Virus record (IMG/VR): IMGVR_UViG_3300030616_000017
Span: 64,001-128,000 of that record
Length of the DNA: 64,000 nucleotides
Source: a virus
Direction: 5' to 3' (one strand)
In this document: positions 1 to 9,182 of the stretch, in pieces
Layout of the letters: every line of letters starts with the position of its first letter
Position numbering within the stretch: position 1 is the stretch's first letter
Translations under genes and position numbers: made by a program
The notes under the pieces: generated by a model
What the model was told of the DNA's origin: nothing
Seen by the model: only the letters and a program-made list of their open reading frames with translations
Database searches by the model: none

Positions 1-36
1 CCAGGGTTTTTGAATCTTTTTTTGTTTTTTTTTACT

Positions 37-2814
37 TTAAGCAGTTATTTCTCTCCCAAACCCCCATACTTCGCCCTTCCCGTACCAATCTGCCTCTTCT
101 ACCTCTAGTACAAGAGGAACTCCGTTGTTTTCCGGGATGTTTTCCTCAAAAACTTGTTTGGCCAATTTTCTTAAATAGTGCTCATCTTTGTGGGTGTACA
201 TAACAATAGAATCATGCACTGTTCCTACAACCCTGCTCTTCAAGTTCTTTTTTCTAATTTCATTTACTAAAGCTACAAGAGTGCGATTAATAATAATAAC
301 TTCATAATTCTGTACAGGAGAATTCGCTGCTATATTTTTTAAGTTTTTAATATCGGCTTGCTCTCCGTGCTTCCCTTTGTACAGTAATTGAGGTAATCGT
401 CTTATAGCCCCAAAAGCGGAGATAACATATCCGTTATCCTCTGCGAATTTTATTTCCTTTTCTATATTACTCTTTAATCCCGGATATGTTTCGAAGTGTT
501 TTCTTTTTATATCGCTTGCTACTGCCCAATAATAAGCAAACTCCAAGGGTTCACTTTTATGTTCTTCGCTTAGCATTCTTTGAAGCATATCTACTTTCTT
601 TTCTAAATTATTTTTCTCTATATAATCTTGACATTCCTTTAATGACCATTCTTTTTCTATACTTGATTTTGCAAAACTGAAGGCAGTGGCATTAAACAAA
701 AGGGAAAAGTTAATCATTTTGGCCTTAAATCTGTCGTTTTTAATTTCTGAATCTCCTTCCTTTTTCAGGCGTAGAAATTCCTCTAACGTCAGGTCTCTCC
801 TTAAAACTGATTGGGCTGTTACACTATGCAAATCCCCTCCGAATTCAGTAAAGGCTCTGTACATATTGAGGTCTTGACTATAAATAGTTGCAATTCTAAG
901 CTGAAAACCTGCCCCATCCAACTCGTCTATTGAAAATTCCGGAGAAGGCGGCTTAAACATTTTTCTTACTTTTATAGCTTTCTCCCCGTGCTTAGGTATA
1001 TTCTGCAAATTAGGTTCGCGGCATTTGTTGCGATGTGAATCTGTAAGATTAACTCCGAATTTAGAATGAACTCTCCCGTCATTTTTGAGATATTTGTAAT
1101 AACCTTTTTTCTCACTTTTGCTTTTTGATGCAAATCCTTTAGAGGGGGCGTGGTCAAAAAAATCAAAATCGGTGCTGCTGTTTTTGTTTTCTTCATCCTC
1201 GCCTATAAAAGTTTTGAAGAGAGTTTTTAATTCTCTGTACTTGAGAAGCTCATCGATACCTTTTTCCCAACCCCTTCTCTTCCACGCCAACAACTGATCT
1301 TCTCCTGTGAGATAAATATTCCCTACCTTAACGTCCTCTTTTATTTTTAATAAGGTCTTAATTCTTTCTACCGTATTAACGTTTGCTCCCTTTTTACCCC
1401 TTTCTATGAAGGGATACCCTTTTAACTCTAGAAGAATACCTAATTCAGAATCACTATTAAAATTAATAGAGTTTGGAGGAACTCCGAAGGCTTTTTCTAC
1501 ATTTTCCAAAGCTATTTTTATTTCTTTTACCATTGAGAGAGAATTGTGATCTAAAGTAGGTTTGTCAACACAAAAACCTTCCAATTCAATATCTATAAAA
1601 GCGTTTACCGCAGGCATAGTTTCATTATAGAAATAATTTGCTTGGGTTTTGTTGGTGTGCTTGGCGGCTATTGCGGTTACTTTCTTAAAGTGATTTACCT
1701 GGTACTTATATACCAAATAAGTAACAATAGCGTCCATTGTTGCATAAGGCTTTAACACCTCCTTTGGTATTTTGGAATAATCCCTTTTGAATTCAGGGTG
1801 TTTGTCTAGGTAATCATCTAAGTCTCTATCATACCCTCCGTAGGGGGTAAACAACCAGGCAGAAGTTTTAAGACCATTTCTTTGAAGCTCGTTTAGCTGA
1901 TGGGAGGCATGCATAGTATCATGATAAATATAAATACTATTTCTTTCTACGCCGTGTTTAATAACAAACTTAGCATCAAACTTGCCGTTTTGCAGAATCT
2001 GTTTTTTAGGTTTCAAAAATTCTGAAAGAAGGCTTTTATCTATTTTGTCCCAGGGGAGATAATATCCTGTTTTCCCATCAAAGGAGCAGGTAAAACATAT
2101 TATTTTTCCTTCGGGATCAAAAGCATCCAATGTGTTTGTCTCAATATCCCACGCAACGTCTCCCTCGTACTCTTTCCATTCTTGTAAAAATTCGTTGGGG
2201 TTTTCGGGCTCGACAATAGCTGGTTTAGGTATTCTCCTAAGAGGCTCAGCCAGCGTAGCGGCCTGTTTGCATTGATATTGAAAAAAGTAATGATCCCAAC
2301 TATCTTTAGGGATTTTACCGTGATTCATCCATATACCTTCGAATCTCACAGGAAATACATAAGATTTTATATCTGGAGAATAAAAATATGACTTGTTAAA
2401 AACAACATCGTAAAATCCCTGATAGTTTACATCATCGCTTTGCATCAATCCGTATAATACTCTCTGGTTCGCTACTATTTTAGCTCCCGGGCGTATATAC
2501 TGAGATAAATCTATAGTATTTTTCTTATAAAACTTCTTAATAGTGTTTTTAAGGTCTTTATCTTCTCTCGCCCTGAACGGAATAACACATAATACATTTA
2601 TATTTACAGGCCGGCCAAACAAAGGTCCAATAGCGGCTTTAGCCTCTTTTACCAATCTGTCTACGTAATAGGTTTCATATACATTATCTTGCAAAAGCCA
2701 TATATCAGGCTGAACACCTCTCTTTCCTTCATAAAGAAGGACATCATGCAAGATATCCTTCCTTCGCTTTACATCTATGTTTCTTGGAACTGCATTCGTA
2801 AAAAAAGAACTCAT
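37..2814 (-). CDS. polA: DNA polymerase family A with 3'-5' exonuclease
   Basis: Exo motifs WDIET, QNGKFD, YATMD; polymerase motifs PNLQNIP, RFKAKMINFSLLF, TVHDS. Confidence 0.93.
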   Translation of the reverse strand: MSSFFTNAVPRNIDVKRRKDILHDVLLYEGKRGVQPDIWLLQDNVYETYYVDRLVKEAKAAIGPLFGRPVNINVLCVIPFRAREDKDLKNTIKKFYKKNTIDLSQYIRPGAKIVANQRVLYGLMQSDDVNYQGFYDVVFNKSYFYSPDIKSYVFPVRFEGIWMNHGKIPKDSWDHYFFQYQCKQAATLAEPLRRIPKPAIVEPENPNEFLQEWKEYEGDVAWDIETNTLDAFDPEGKIICFTCSFDGKTGYYLPWDKIDKSLLSEFLKPKKQILQNGKFDAKFVIKHGVERNSIYIYHDTMHASHQLNELQRNGLKTSAWLFTPYGGYDRDLDDYLDKHPEFKRDYSKIPKEVLKPYATMDAIVTYLVYKYQVNHFKKVTAIAAKHTNKTQANYFYNETMPAVNAFIDIELEGFCVDKPTLDHNSLSMVKEIKIALENVEKAFGVPPNSINFNSDSELGILLELKGYPFIERGKKGANVNTVERIKTLLKIKEDVKVGNIYLTGEDQLLAWKRRGWEKGIDELLKYRELKTLFKTFIGEDEENKNSSTDFDFFDHAPSKGFASKSKSEKKGYYKYLKNDGRVHSKFGVNLTDSHRNKCREPNLQNIPKHGEKAIKVRKMFKPPSPEFSIDELDGAGFQLRIATIYSQDLNMYRAFTEFGGDLHSVTAQSVLRRDLTLEEFLRLKKEGDSEIKNDRFKAKMINFSLLFNATAFSFAKSSIEKEWSLKECQDYIEKNNLEKKVDMLQRMLSEEHKSEPLEFAYYWAVASDIKRKHFETYPGLKSNIEKEIKFAEDNGYVISAFGAIRRLPQLLYKGKHGEQADIKNLKNIAANSPVQNYEVIIINRTLVALVNEIRKKNLKSRVVGTVHDSIVMYTHKDEHYLRKLAKQVFEENIPENNGVPLVLEVEEADWYGKGEVWGFGREITA

Positions 2815-2823
2815 TTAATCTCC

Positions 2824-3531
2824 TTAAATATTTTTAGTGTAAAAATCTACAGCTCTCTCCCAACTTTCGTCTGAAAGATATAGAGGATCTCGAAGATTAT
2901 TTTCTAGAAACGCTTCCGTTCTTTCTACGCAAGACCCGCATTTTCCGCAAGGCTCCTCTCCCCCTTTGTAACAGGTCCATGTTTTAGAGTAATCGACTCC
3001 GAGCTTGATTCCTCTTTCCAAAATAGAAATCTTATTCAAATGAACAAAGGGAGCTGACATCGTTGCTTCTTCATATGTTCCATACTTAATAGCTTGCGCC
3101 ATTGCTTGTTCAAACTCAGGACGACAATCGGGATAGATAGCATGGTCCCCCGCATGGGCCCCATATAGAATATAATTACATTTTTCTGCTTCTGCAATTG
3201 CGGCTAGAATAGAAAGGATAATTCCATTTCTAAAAGGCACAACTGTTGACTTCATATTTTCGTCTGCATAATTCCCCTCCGGAATAGCCTCCGCTCCTTG
3301 TACAAGGGAGGAGGTTTTAGCAGCGATCTCTCCCAAAAACGAAATATCAATTAAACGATGAGGAATGTTATTCGTTTTGCAATGCTCTGCTGCAAGCTCT
3401 ATTTCTTTGGAATGATTCTGTCCATAATAAAACGAGACAGCTTCGAGCTCAAAGCCTTCGTTAAGTGCATGATACAACAAAGTAGTAGAATCCATTCCCC
3501 CTGAAAGGGCAATAACTGCTTTTCTTTTCAC
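2824..3531 (-). CDS. queC: 7-cyano-7-deazaguanine synthase
   Basis: SGGMDS, VPFRNG, YPDCR, TWTCY..CGKCGSC motifs. Confidence 0.96.
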   Translation of the reverse strand: MKRKAVIALSGGMDSTTLLYHALNEGFELEAVSFYYGQNHSKEIELAAEHCKTNNIPHRLIDISFLGEIAAKTSSLVQGAEAIPEGNYADENMKSTVVPFRNGIILSILAAIAEAEKCNYILYGAHAGDHAIYPDCRPEFEQAMAQAIKYGTYEEATMSAPFVHLNKISILERGIKLGVDYSKTWTCYKGGEEPCGKCGSCVERTEAFLENNLRDPLYLSDESWERAVDFYTKNI

Positions 3532-4067
3532 TTCAAATCTCCTTTAATAAAATTAATAATATGATGGGCTTTTATAAGGGGAGGGCCAGGTAACTGCACG
3601 GCACGCAATTCGTAGTTTTCTATATAAGTTAAAAAGAGATTATGAGTTTCTTCCCTGAACTCTTTATTGACACTTCTTACTCCATCTTCAATAACAGCTA
3701 TTTCAGGAGGAAGATAAAAAAACACGTCATATTTATCATAAGTTTTTTCAAAAATGTTCAAAAAATACAAAAAATAGGATTCAGGAATCATTTTATGATA
3801 ATATGAGTACGTGGTATATACCATTGCATCCAATACCGATCTATCTGTAATAATATTACCTTTTATTATATTAGATAAATGCTCTAAAAAAACAAAAGCC
3901 TGAGTACAAGATGTCCCCTCTTCATTGATAGCTACGCCCATATTTTTTAAGGTGCGCACTATTTCGGTCTTAAATTCAAAATTATCTTTAAGATAATTAT
4001 CTTCGCGAAGTAAAGCCATTGTTTCTGTTTTGCCAGTACACTGAACACCCGATAAGCTAATAAGCAT
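3528..4067 (-). CDS. P-loop nucleotide (dNMP-type) kinase
   Basis: GVQCTGKT Walker A, DRSVLD, DGVR motifs. Confidence 0.7.
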   Translation of the reverse strand: MLISLSGVQCTGKTETMALLREDNYLKDNFEFKTEIVRTLKNMGVAINEEGTSCTQAFVFLEHLSNIIKGNIITDRSVLDAMVYTTYSYYHKMIPESYFLYFLNIFEKTYDKYDVFFYLPPEIAVIEDGVRSVNKEFREETHNLFLTYIENYELRAVQLPGPPLIKAHHIINFIKGDLK

Positions 4068-4925
4068 TTATTTCTCCTTTTTTTGCTTTAAAAATAATTC
4101 CCTGTCAATTATTGCTTTTTCCAACGATAAATATTTTTCATCTTTTATTAGCTGTTTGAAAAAGCGTATATTATATATAATATCCGAAGTTTGATCAAAA
4201 GTCAATTCAGCAAGTAAATTATCTGCTAATTTTCCTTCAGGCTTCGTCTCAAGCCCCTTATCCCCAGAGTATCTCACGTTATTGATACCTGCCATTATGG
4301 GGCTGCTGGTATCTATAGTTTCTATGAAAGAAGAATCTCTATAAAAAGAAAATTCATAAGGAAGAGCGCAGCCCAACAGATGATGCGGTTTCTTTTTATT
4401 TAGGATTTTCTTAGTAGATAACTGATAAACAAATCTTTGACGGGCTTTTACCAATTTTTCATCTTTGGAGAAATTGTCGCCGAATTGTTCCAAATAACAA
4501 GGAAGGCCAAAAGTTATAGCAATTTTATCCGCGTGTTCACTCATAAATCTATAGCATTCAAATAACTCAGTCCAAGTGCTTCCTTGCACCACGCCTATAG
4601 CTTTGCCTGGTAAATTAGGATATTTCTTTGTAAAATCTTTAAACTGGTTTATGGTAAGATTTTTATCTCCCCAAGCATCGGGAACAATATATTCTGTAGG
4701 TTTTAGTTTCTTAATCCAATAAGCAAAACGGTCCGCTTCGAAACTTTCTCCTAATTCAAAAAGACTATTATCTAATATAACTCGCCTACCCTCTAAAAGA
4801 GAGTCCTCAAAAAAAGAATAATAAGAAGGGTGTTCTTCAAAAAGATGAACGAGGGCATAGTCATAATCATTGAATATTTTGCTAATGTCTAATAGTTCTA
4901 AAGGAACTTCGTGTGCTACTTCCAT
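4068..4925 (-). CDS. TGT-fold transglycosylase-like protein (DpdA-like)
   Basis: ILDNS, VPD, GVVQG, HHLLG, IDTSSP motifs resemble the TGT barrel; embedded in the que cluster. Confidence 0.7.
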   Translation of the reverse strand: MEVAHEVPLELLDISKIFNDYDYALVHLFEEHPSYYSFFEDSLLEGRRVILDNSLFELGESFEADRFAYWIKKLKPTEYIVPDAWGDKNLTINQFKDFTKKYPNLPGKAIGVVQGSTWTELFECYRFMSEHADKIAITFGLPCYLEQFGDNFSKDEKLVKARQRFVYQLSTKKILNKKKPHHLLGCALPYEFSFYRDSSFIETIDTSSPIMAGINNVRYSGDKGLETKPEGKLADNLLAELTFDQTSDIIYNIRFFKQLIKDEKYLSLEKAIIDRELFLKQKKEK

Positions 4926-4934
4926 GTACTCTCC

Positions 4935-5420
4935 CTAAAAGAAAAATGTATGCGTATTAGCTATATATCTTGCCCTTTCTCTCAAAGAAAAAAATTCCTC
5001 TCTATATCTGTTGCTGTTTTTATAAGATCCTAAATACGATAAAAGATTTTCCATAAACTCGTTTTGTTTTTGATGTATATAGCCTTTTTTAAGCCATCTT
5101 TTATTTCTTGCGTGTAAATCTACAAACGTTTTATAAACATCTTCTATGTTGTAGTCTCCTATGGAAGAGTCTTCTACTTCAAAAGAAAAAGAAGGTTGCG
5201 CTTCGACCGAAGCCAAAAACGCATAAGCTTTACGTTTATCTTCTCCTTTAAGAGAGATAGCGCAACCTTTGATGTAATTAACGATTATATCTTTATAATC
5301 GTGATTGAACCTGCCTTCAGCAAACCTTCCTATTCTTACTTCCTTTTCTTCCCAAGAAAGCCCCTTCAAAGAAGCTCTGAAAACCTGCCAATCCATTCTG
5401 TACTTGTCTACCTTGCTCAT
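4935..5420 (-). CDS. hypothetical protein in the deazaguanine cluster
   Basis: 161-aa ORF co-oriented and tightly packed with its neighbours. Confidence 0.6.
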   Translation of the reverse strand: MSKVDKYRMDWQVFRASLKGLSWEEKEVRIGRFAEGRFNHDYKDIIVNYIKGCAISLKGEDKRKAYAFLASVEAQPSFSFEVEDSSIGDYNIEDVYKTFVDLHARNKRWLKKGYIHQKQNEFMENLLSYLGSYKNSNRYREEFFSLRERARYIANTHTFFF

Positions 5421-5442
5421 AGTAGATATTGTACCCTATTAT

Positions 5443-6069
5443 TTAAGAAGTTTCAAGTGCCGTGCCCTCAAATTCCCCTGTTTTTCCTTTAGTAAACAAG
5501 TAAAAGAACGGGGTATCTACTGCAGCAATTATTAGCTTGAGTACGTACTGGGAAATAATCATCCACCACAGATCAGGAACGATGCCCGCAAAAGCTATAG
5601 TAATAAAAATAGAAGTATCAATAAGCTGACTAGTCATAGTGCTTGCATTATTTCTTAGCCATTTATGTTTTCCCTTGGTAAAAGATCCTAACTTATGGAA
5701 AAACCATACGTCCCACGACTGGGATAAATAATAAGCAATCATCGAAGCCATTACCAGTCGGAAATTCATTCCCAGCAAGACCTTATAAGCATCGGCCTGT
5801 GCCTGAGCAAAGGGCGGAGAAGGCATAAGCTGAGTCAAATAAATCATACCAGCCGCGAACAGCGAACAAATAAAACCCGTCTGTACAAGCTTTATCGCTT
5901 CCTTTTTTCCCCACAACTCTGAGGTGAGATCCGTCATTAGAAAGGTAATGGCATAAAGAAGAAAGGCTCCCGGAACAATAAATCCAAAGATATTAAGTAC
6001 CTTCCCCGCCACCACATTTGAAACTACCAGAGCAGCAATAAACAAACTCTGAATAAGCAGCTTTTTCAT
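5443..6069 (-). CDS. yhhQ: queuosine precursor (preQ0/preQ1) transporter, YhhQ/Vut_1 family
   Basis: Multi-TM protein; FLMTDLTSELWG, WLRNNASTMTSQLIDT, DTPF. Confidence 0.92.
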   Translation of the reverse strand: MKKLLIQSLFIAALVVSNVVAGKVLNIFGFIVPGAFLLYAITFLMTDLTSELWGKKEAIKLVQTGFICSLFAAGMIYLTQLMPSPPFAQAQADAYKVLLGMNFRLVMASMIAYYLSQSWDVWFFHKLGSFTKGKHKWLRNNASTMTSQLIDTSIFITIAFAGIVPDLWWMIISQYVLKLIIAAVDTPFFYLFTKGKTGEFEGTALETS

Positions 6070-6077
6070 TAGTCCTC

Positions 6078-6569
6078 CTATTTATAATCTTTATGGCCCT
6101 GCCATTGGCCATTGTATAAGTTTTCTTCTTTTACTTCCTCTTTATTTTCAACCATATAAATCTGCGCAACTCTCGCATGCCTTTCAATCACTAACTCACT
6201 AAAGGGAAGAAGAAGAATAGCTCCACAATATTCTGTCTCGAAACCTGCGTCGTATACGCCGCTAGTAATCAAACCTCCTGCCCTGGCCACACTACTTCTA
6301 TGTCGTATAAAAGCGGTAGCCCACGCAGGAACTTTAATACCCTGATCAAATGTTAAAGCGTAAACCCCAGGAGTAAGACGGTATTGAGATCTTGCTTTAA
6401 CTTGAAAAACAGGTTCATAGTCGTTGATAATAGTCTCATCCCGGTTTACAACCCCTCCTTTAATACGATTAACGTATTTAAGAGTTAGGTCGTAGCCTAT
6501 TTGAGTTTTCTTACCTTCCACGTCGTGAATGCGAAGGTAAGAAAACAGTTCATCTGCTGATAATATCAT
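6078..6569 (-). CDS. dCTP deaminase/dUTPase family protein
   Basis: GYDLTL, RSSVAR, YDAGF, RVAQI. Confidence 0.85.
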   Translation of the reverse strand: MILSADELFSYLRIHDVEGKKTQIGYDLTLKYVNRIKGGVVNRDETIINDYEPVFQVKARSQYRLTPGVYALTFDQGIKVPAWATAFIRHRSSVARAGGLITSGVYDAGFETEYCGAILLLPFSELVIERHARVAQIYMVENKEEVKEENLYNGQWQGHKDYK

Positions 6570-7190
6570 TTACTTTCCCTGTTTAATAAGGTGGAAAAAT
6601 TCTTCCCTTACTTCTGGCTTAGAGCGAAATACTCCTCTCAAATCAGAGGTTCGCATGCTTGAATTCTCGCTCTCTTCTACACCCCTCATCACCATACACA
6701 TATGGGTGGCCTCAATAAAAACAGCTACGCCGAGAGGATCAAGAGTTTCCTGCACAAAATCCGCTATCTGCTTTGTTAACTCCTCTTGGATTTGGGGTCT
6801 ACGCATAAACCATTTAGTAATGCGTACCAGCTTACTAATTCCTACCACTTTGTCACCCGGAATATAAGCTACATAAGCGTTCCCCAGGAAAGGCATCCAA
6901 TGATGAGAACACATACTCTTAATCTGAATAGGTCCAAGCACAACCATTTCATCGTATTCTTTTGTATTAGGAAAAACAGTAATCTTAGGTTGCTCATCAT
7001 AATTCCCAGAAAAGACCTCATTAACATACATTTTAGCTATGCGGTGAGGCGACTCCTCAAGCTGAGGATCGTTTCGGTTGAAATGAAGAAGATCAAAAAT
7101 CTCTTCAAACTTTTCTTCTACTTTAGAAATCATATCATCCTTCTCTTCGCGGGTGAGGACAACATTGTCATTACTAACAATAGGTGACAT
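6570..7190 (-). CDS. folE: GTP cyclohydrolase I
   Basis: [26 protein letters not shown]. Confidence 0.96.
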   Translation of the reverse strand: MSPIVSNDNVVLTREEKDDMISKVEEKFEEIFDLLHFNRNDPQLEESPHRIAKMYVNEVFSGNYDEQPKITVFPNTKEYDEMVVLGPIQIKSMCSHHWMPFLGNAYVAYIPGDKVVGISKLVRITKWFMRRPQIQEELTKQIADFVQETLDPLGVAVFIEATHMCMVMRGVEESENSSMRTSDLRGVFRSKPEVREEFFHLIKQGK

Positions 7191-7530
7191 TAAATAACTC
7201 CTTTTTATTTTTAATATTTTCTCTACAATAAGGACAACGCTTGTTTAGTTCTTTCAAACTGTTTTCGCTGTCTACTGATCCTGCTTCATACAGAAGGCTG
7301 TATTCATCGTCTTTTATAGGACTTTTATGGTTGTAGCCTCTCTTCAACATTTCCTCTACTAGGGCGTCATGTCTTTTAATTACATTATGAACTTCTACAA
7401 GACCGTTAGTAATATAACCCCTTAAAGAAATTCCTTTTCTTAGAGACCCCAGTAAAGTATGCATTTCCCTGTGCTCCCCCAGTAAATGTGATCTGCACAT
7501 TATAGAAGGGTCCACATTCCACATTCTCAT
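7174..7530 (-). CDS. pyrimidine-dimer DNA glycosylase (DenV-like)
   Basis: [14 protein letters not shown] and EMLKRGYNH motifs; start moved to the internal Met. Confidence 0.8.
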   Translation of the reverse strand: MRMWNVDPSIMCRSHLLGEHREMHTLLGSLRKGISLRGYITNGLVEVHNVIKRHDALVEEMLKRGYNHKSPIKDDEYSLLYEAGSVDSENSLKELNKRCPYCRENIKNKKELFNVTYC

Positions 7531-7531
7531 T

Positions 7532-8218
7532 TTATACTCCTTGAATATTACCAAAAATTATAATATGACTTCTTAGAGAAAGGTTCCAGCCTCTCTCTAT
7601 AAGAATATCATAATATTTTTTCACAATACCTAAAATAGTTTTTGCATCTACTCCTTTGGGTTGAATGTAGATTCTTTCAGAAGGTATAGAATGATTCTTT
7701 TGTTCTTCTATAATATAACCTAAATCTTCATCATTTTCTAGTAAAAACTTAACTATTTTATTTGAGTAGCCTATATCGAGAAGGTAGGGGTAAGTAGCTT
7801 TCTGCAAGCCGGCGCTGTCTTGAGCTACGTTAGTTTTGGGGGAAATGTTAAGCTTAACATTATACTTTTTAAACAAAGACAACACCATTTCATTAGGTAC
7901 CAATGTCCCGTTTGTTTCAATTTCAAATGAAATCTTATCTCCATAGTCCACCAAAAAATCTACAATAAAGCCCTCATGCTTAGGAAGAAGTGGTTCTCCC
8001 CCTGTTATAACTACATTAGAGGTTTTCTTGATCATCTCCCCCACTGTTTCTGCATTATAGGCAATCCCATTATCTGTCCATGTAAACTTAGAATCACAAA
8101 AAGAACATCTAAGATTGCACCCGGGAAATCGAATAAAAAGGGAGTGTTTACCTTGTGTATCTCCTTCTCCCTGAAACCCATAGAAAGGCTCTTCTGCGAG
8201 ATAAATTAATTCTTTCAT
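7532..8218 (-). CDS. queE: 7-carboxy-7-deazaguanine synthase (radical SAM)
   Basis: QGEG, CNLRCSFCD, TGGEP, ETNGT, ISPK; start overlaps the queD stop. Confidence 0.94.
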   Translation of the reverse strand: MKELIYLAEEPFYGFQGEGDTQGKHSLFIRFPGCNLRCSFCDSKFTWTDNGIAYNAETVGEMIKKTSNVVITGGEPLLPKHEGFIVDFLVDYGDKISFEIETNGTLVPNEMVLSLFKKYNVKLNISPKTNVAQDSAGLQKATYPYLLDIGYSNKIVKFLLENDEDLGYIIEEQKNHSIPSERIYIQPKGVDAKTILGIVKKYYDILIERGWNLSLRSHIIIFGNIQGV

Positions 8219-8589
8219 TAGTCCCAATCTCCGCATTCACACCATGTCTGCTTCCCCACGGCTGTCTCATACACCCTTACCTTAAATTCTAGGCTAGGAT
8301 TAGAAAGCTTAACTTCGTCGTAAAACCGTTGGCAGAGATTTTCTGCTGTAGGGTTAATATTGTCGAATGGAGCGATGTCGTTAATAAATTGGTGATCGTA
8401 CATTTCCTTCAATCGTTTGACATTCCCAAAATCCCAAAGAATCCCTACTTCATCTACTTGAGAAGACTCTCCTCTAACCCACACTTCTACGAACCAAGTG
8501 TGCCCATGAATCCTGCTACAGTTGCCATCATATCCTCTGAGCTGATGAGAACTGTCTATAGTTGTCTCTGTATGCAATGTAAGTATCAC
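8218..8589 (-). CDS. queD: 6-carboxytetrahydropterin synthase
   Basis: H..C..IHGH, DFG, DH, PTAEN, VYET. Confidence 0.94.
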   Translation of the reverse strand: MILTLHTETTIDSSHQLRGYDGNCSRIHGHTWFVEVWVRGESSQVDEVGILWDFGNVKRLKEMYDHQFINDIAPFDNINPTAENLCQRFYDEVKLSNPSLEFKVRVYETAVGKQTWCECGDWD

Positions 8590-8600
8590 TCTTTCTCCTC

Positions 8601-9176
8601 CTATATATTATATATTAATAACTCTTTTTGTGCGTTTTGTAAATCTAAAAGCCACTCATCCCATAAATTAGAGCCTTCACCTCCGTTTCTTACGATGTAA
8701 GAGGGGTGGTAAGTAGGCATAATTAAAAAGCCTAGTTCCTCAAAAGTCTGCCCATGCACTTTAGTAATTTTCGGTGGAATGGTTACAAAAGCATTACAAG
8801 GGTTGTTTCCTAAAGGAATAAGCATTTTATACCCTCTGCCTTTTAGATATTCTAATTCTTCATATAGCCCTTCGTTGCAGTGTTTTTTAAGAGCTATCTT
8901 TGTATTAGTTTCTGTAAACTTATTATCTTTTGGTCTGCAGTTTATTACGTTAGTTAGCCAATAGTAGTGACTTGTTATCCCCACCTCTCTAAGGGCTTTT
9001 CTTAGAAGCTTTCCAGCTGCCCCTATAAAAGGTTCTTTGTTCTCATCTTCCATTTTTCCAGGGGCCTCTCCTATGAAAACAAAATCGCCCCTTTCACTAC
9101 CCCTTCCCCAAACTCTATTTCTATAGGCAAGGGGGCATCCCTCGCATTTTACTTGTTGTCTTTCATATATAAGCAT
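8601..9176 (-). CDS. uracil-DNA glycosylase family 4
   Basis: CEGC, GEAPG, PFIGAAG, NVINCRP, YHPS. Confidence 0.92.
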   Translation of the reverse strand: MLIYERQQVKCEGCPLAYRNRVWGRGSERGDFVFIGEAPGKMEDENKEPFIGAAGKLLRKALREVGITSHYYWLTNVINCRPKDNKFTETNTKIALKKHCNEGLYEELEYLKGRGYKMLIPLGNNPCNAFVTIPPKITKVHGQTFEELGFLIMPTYHPSYIVRNGGEGSNLWDEWLLDLQNAQKELLIYNI

Positions 9177-9182
9177 GCTTCT

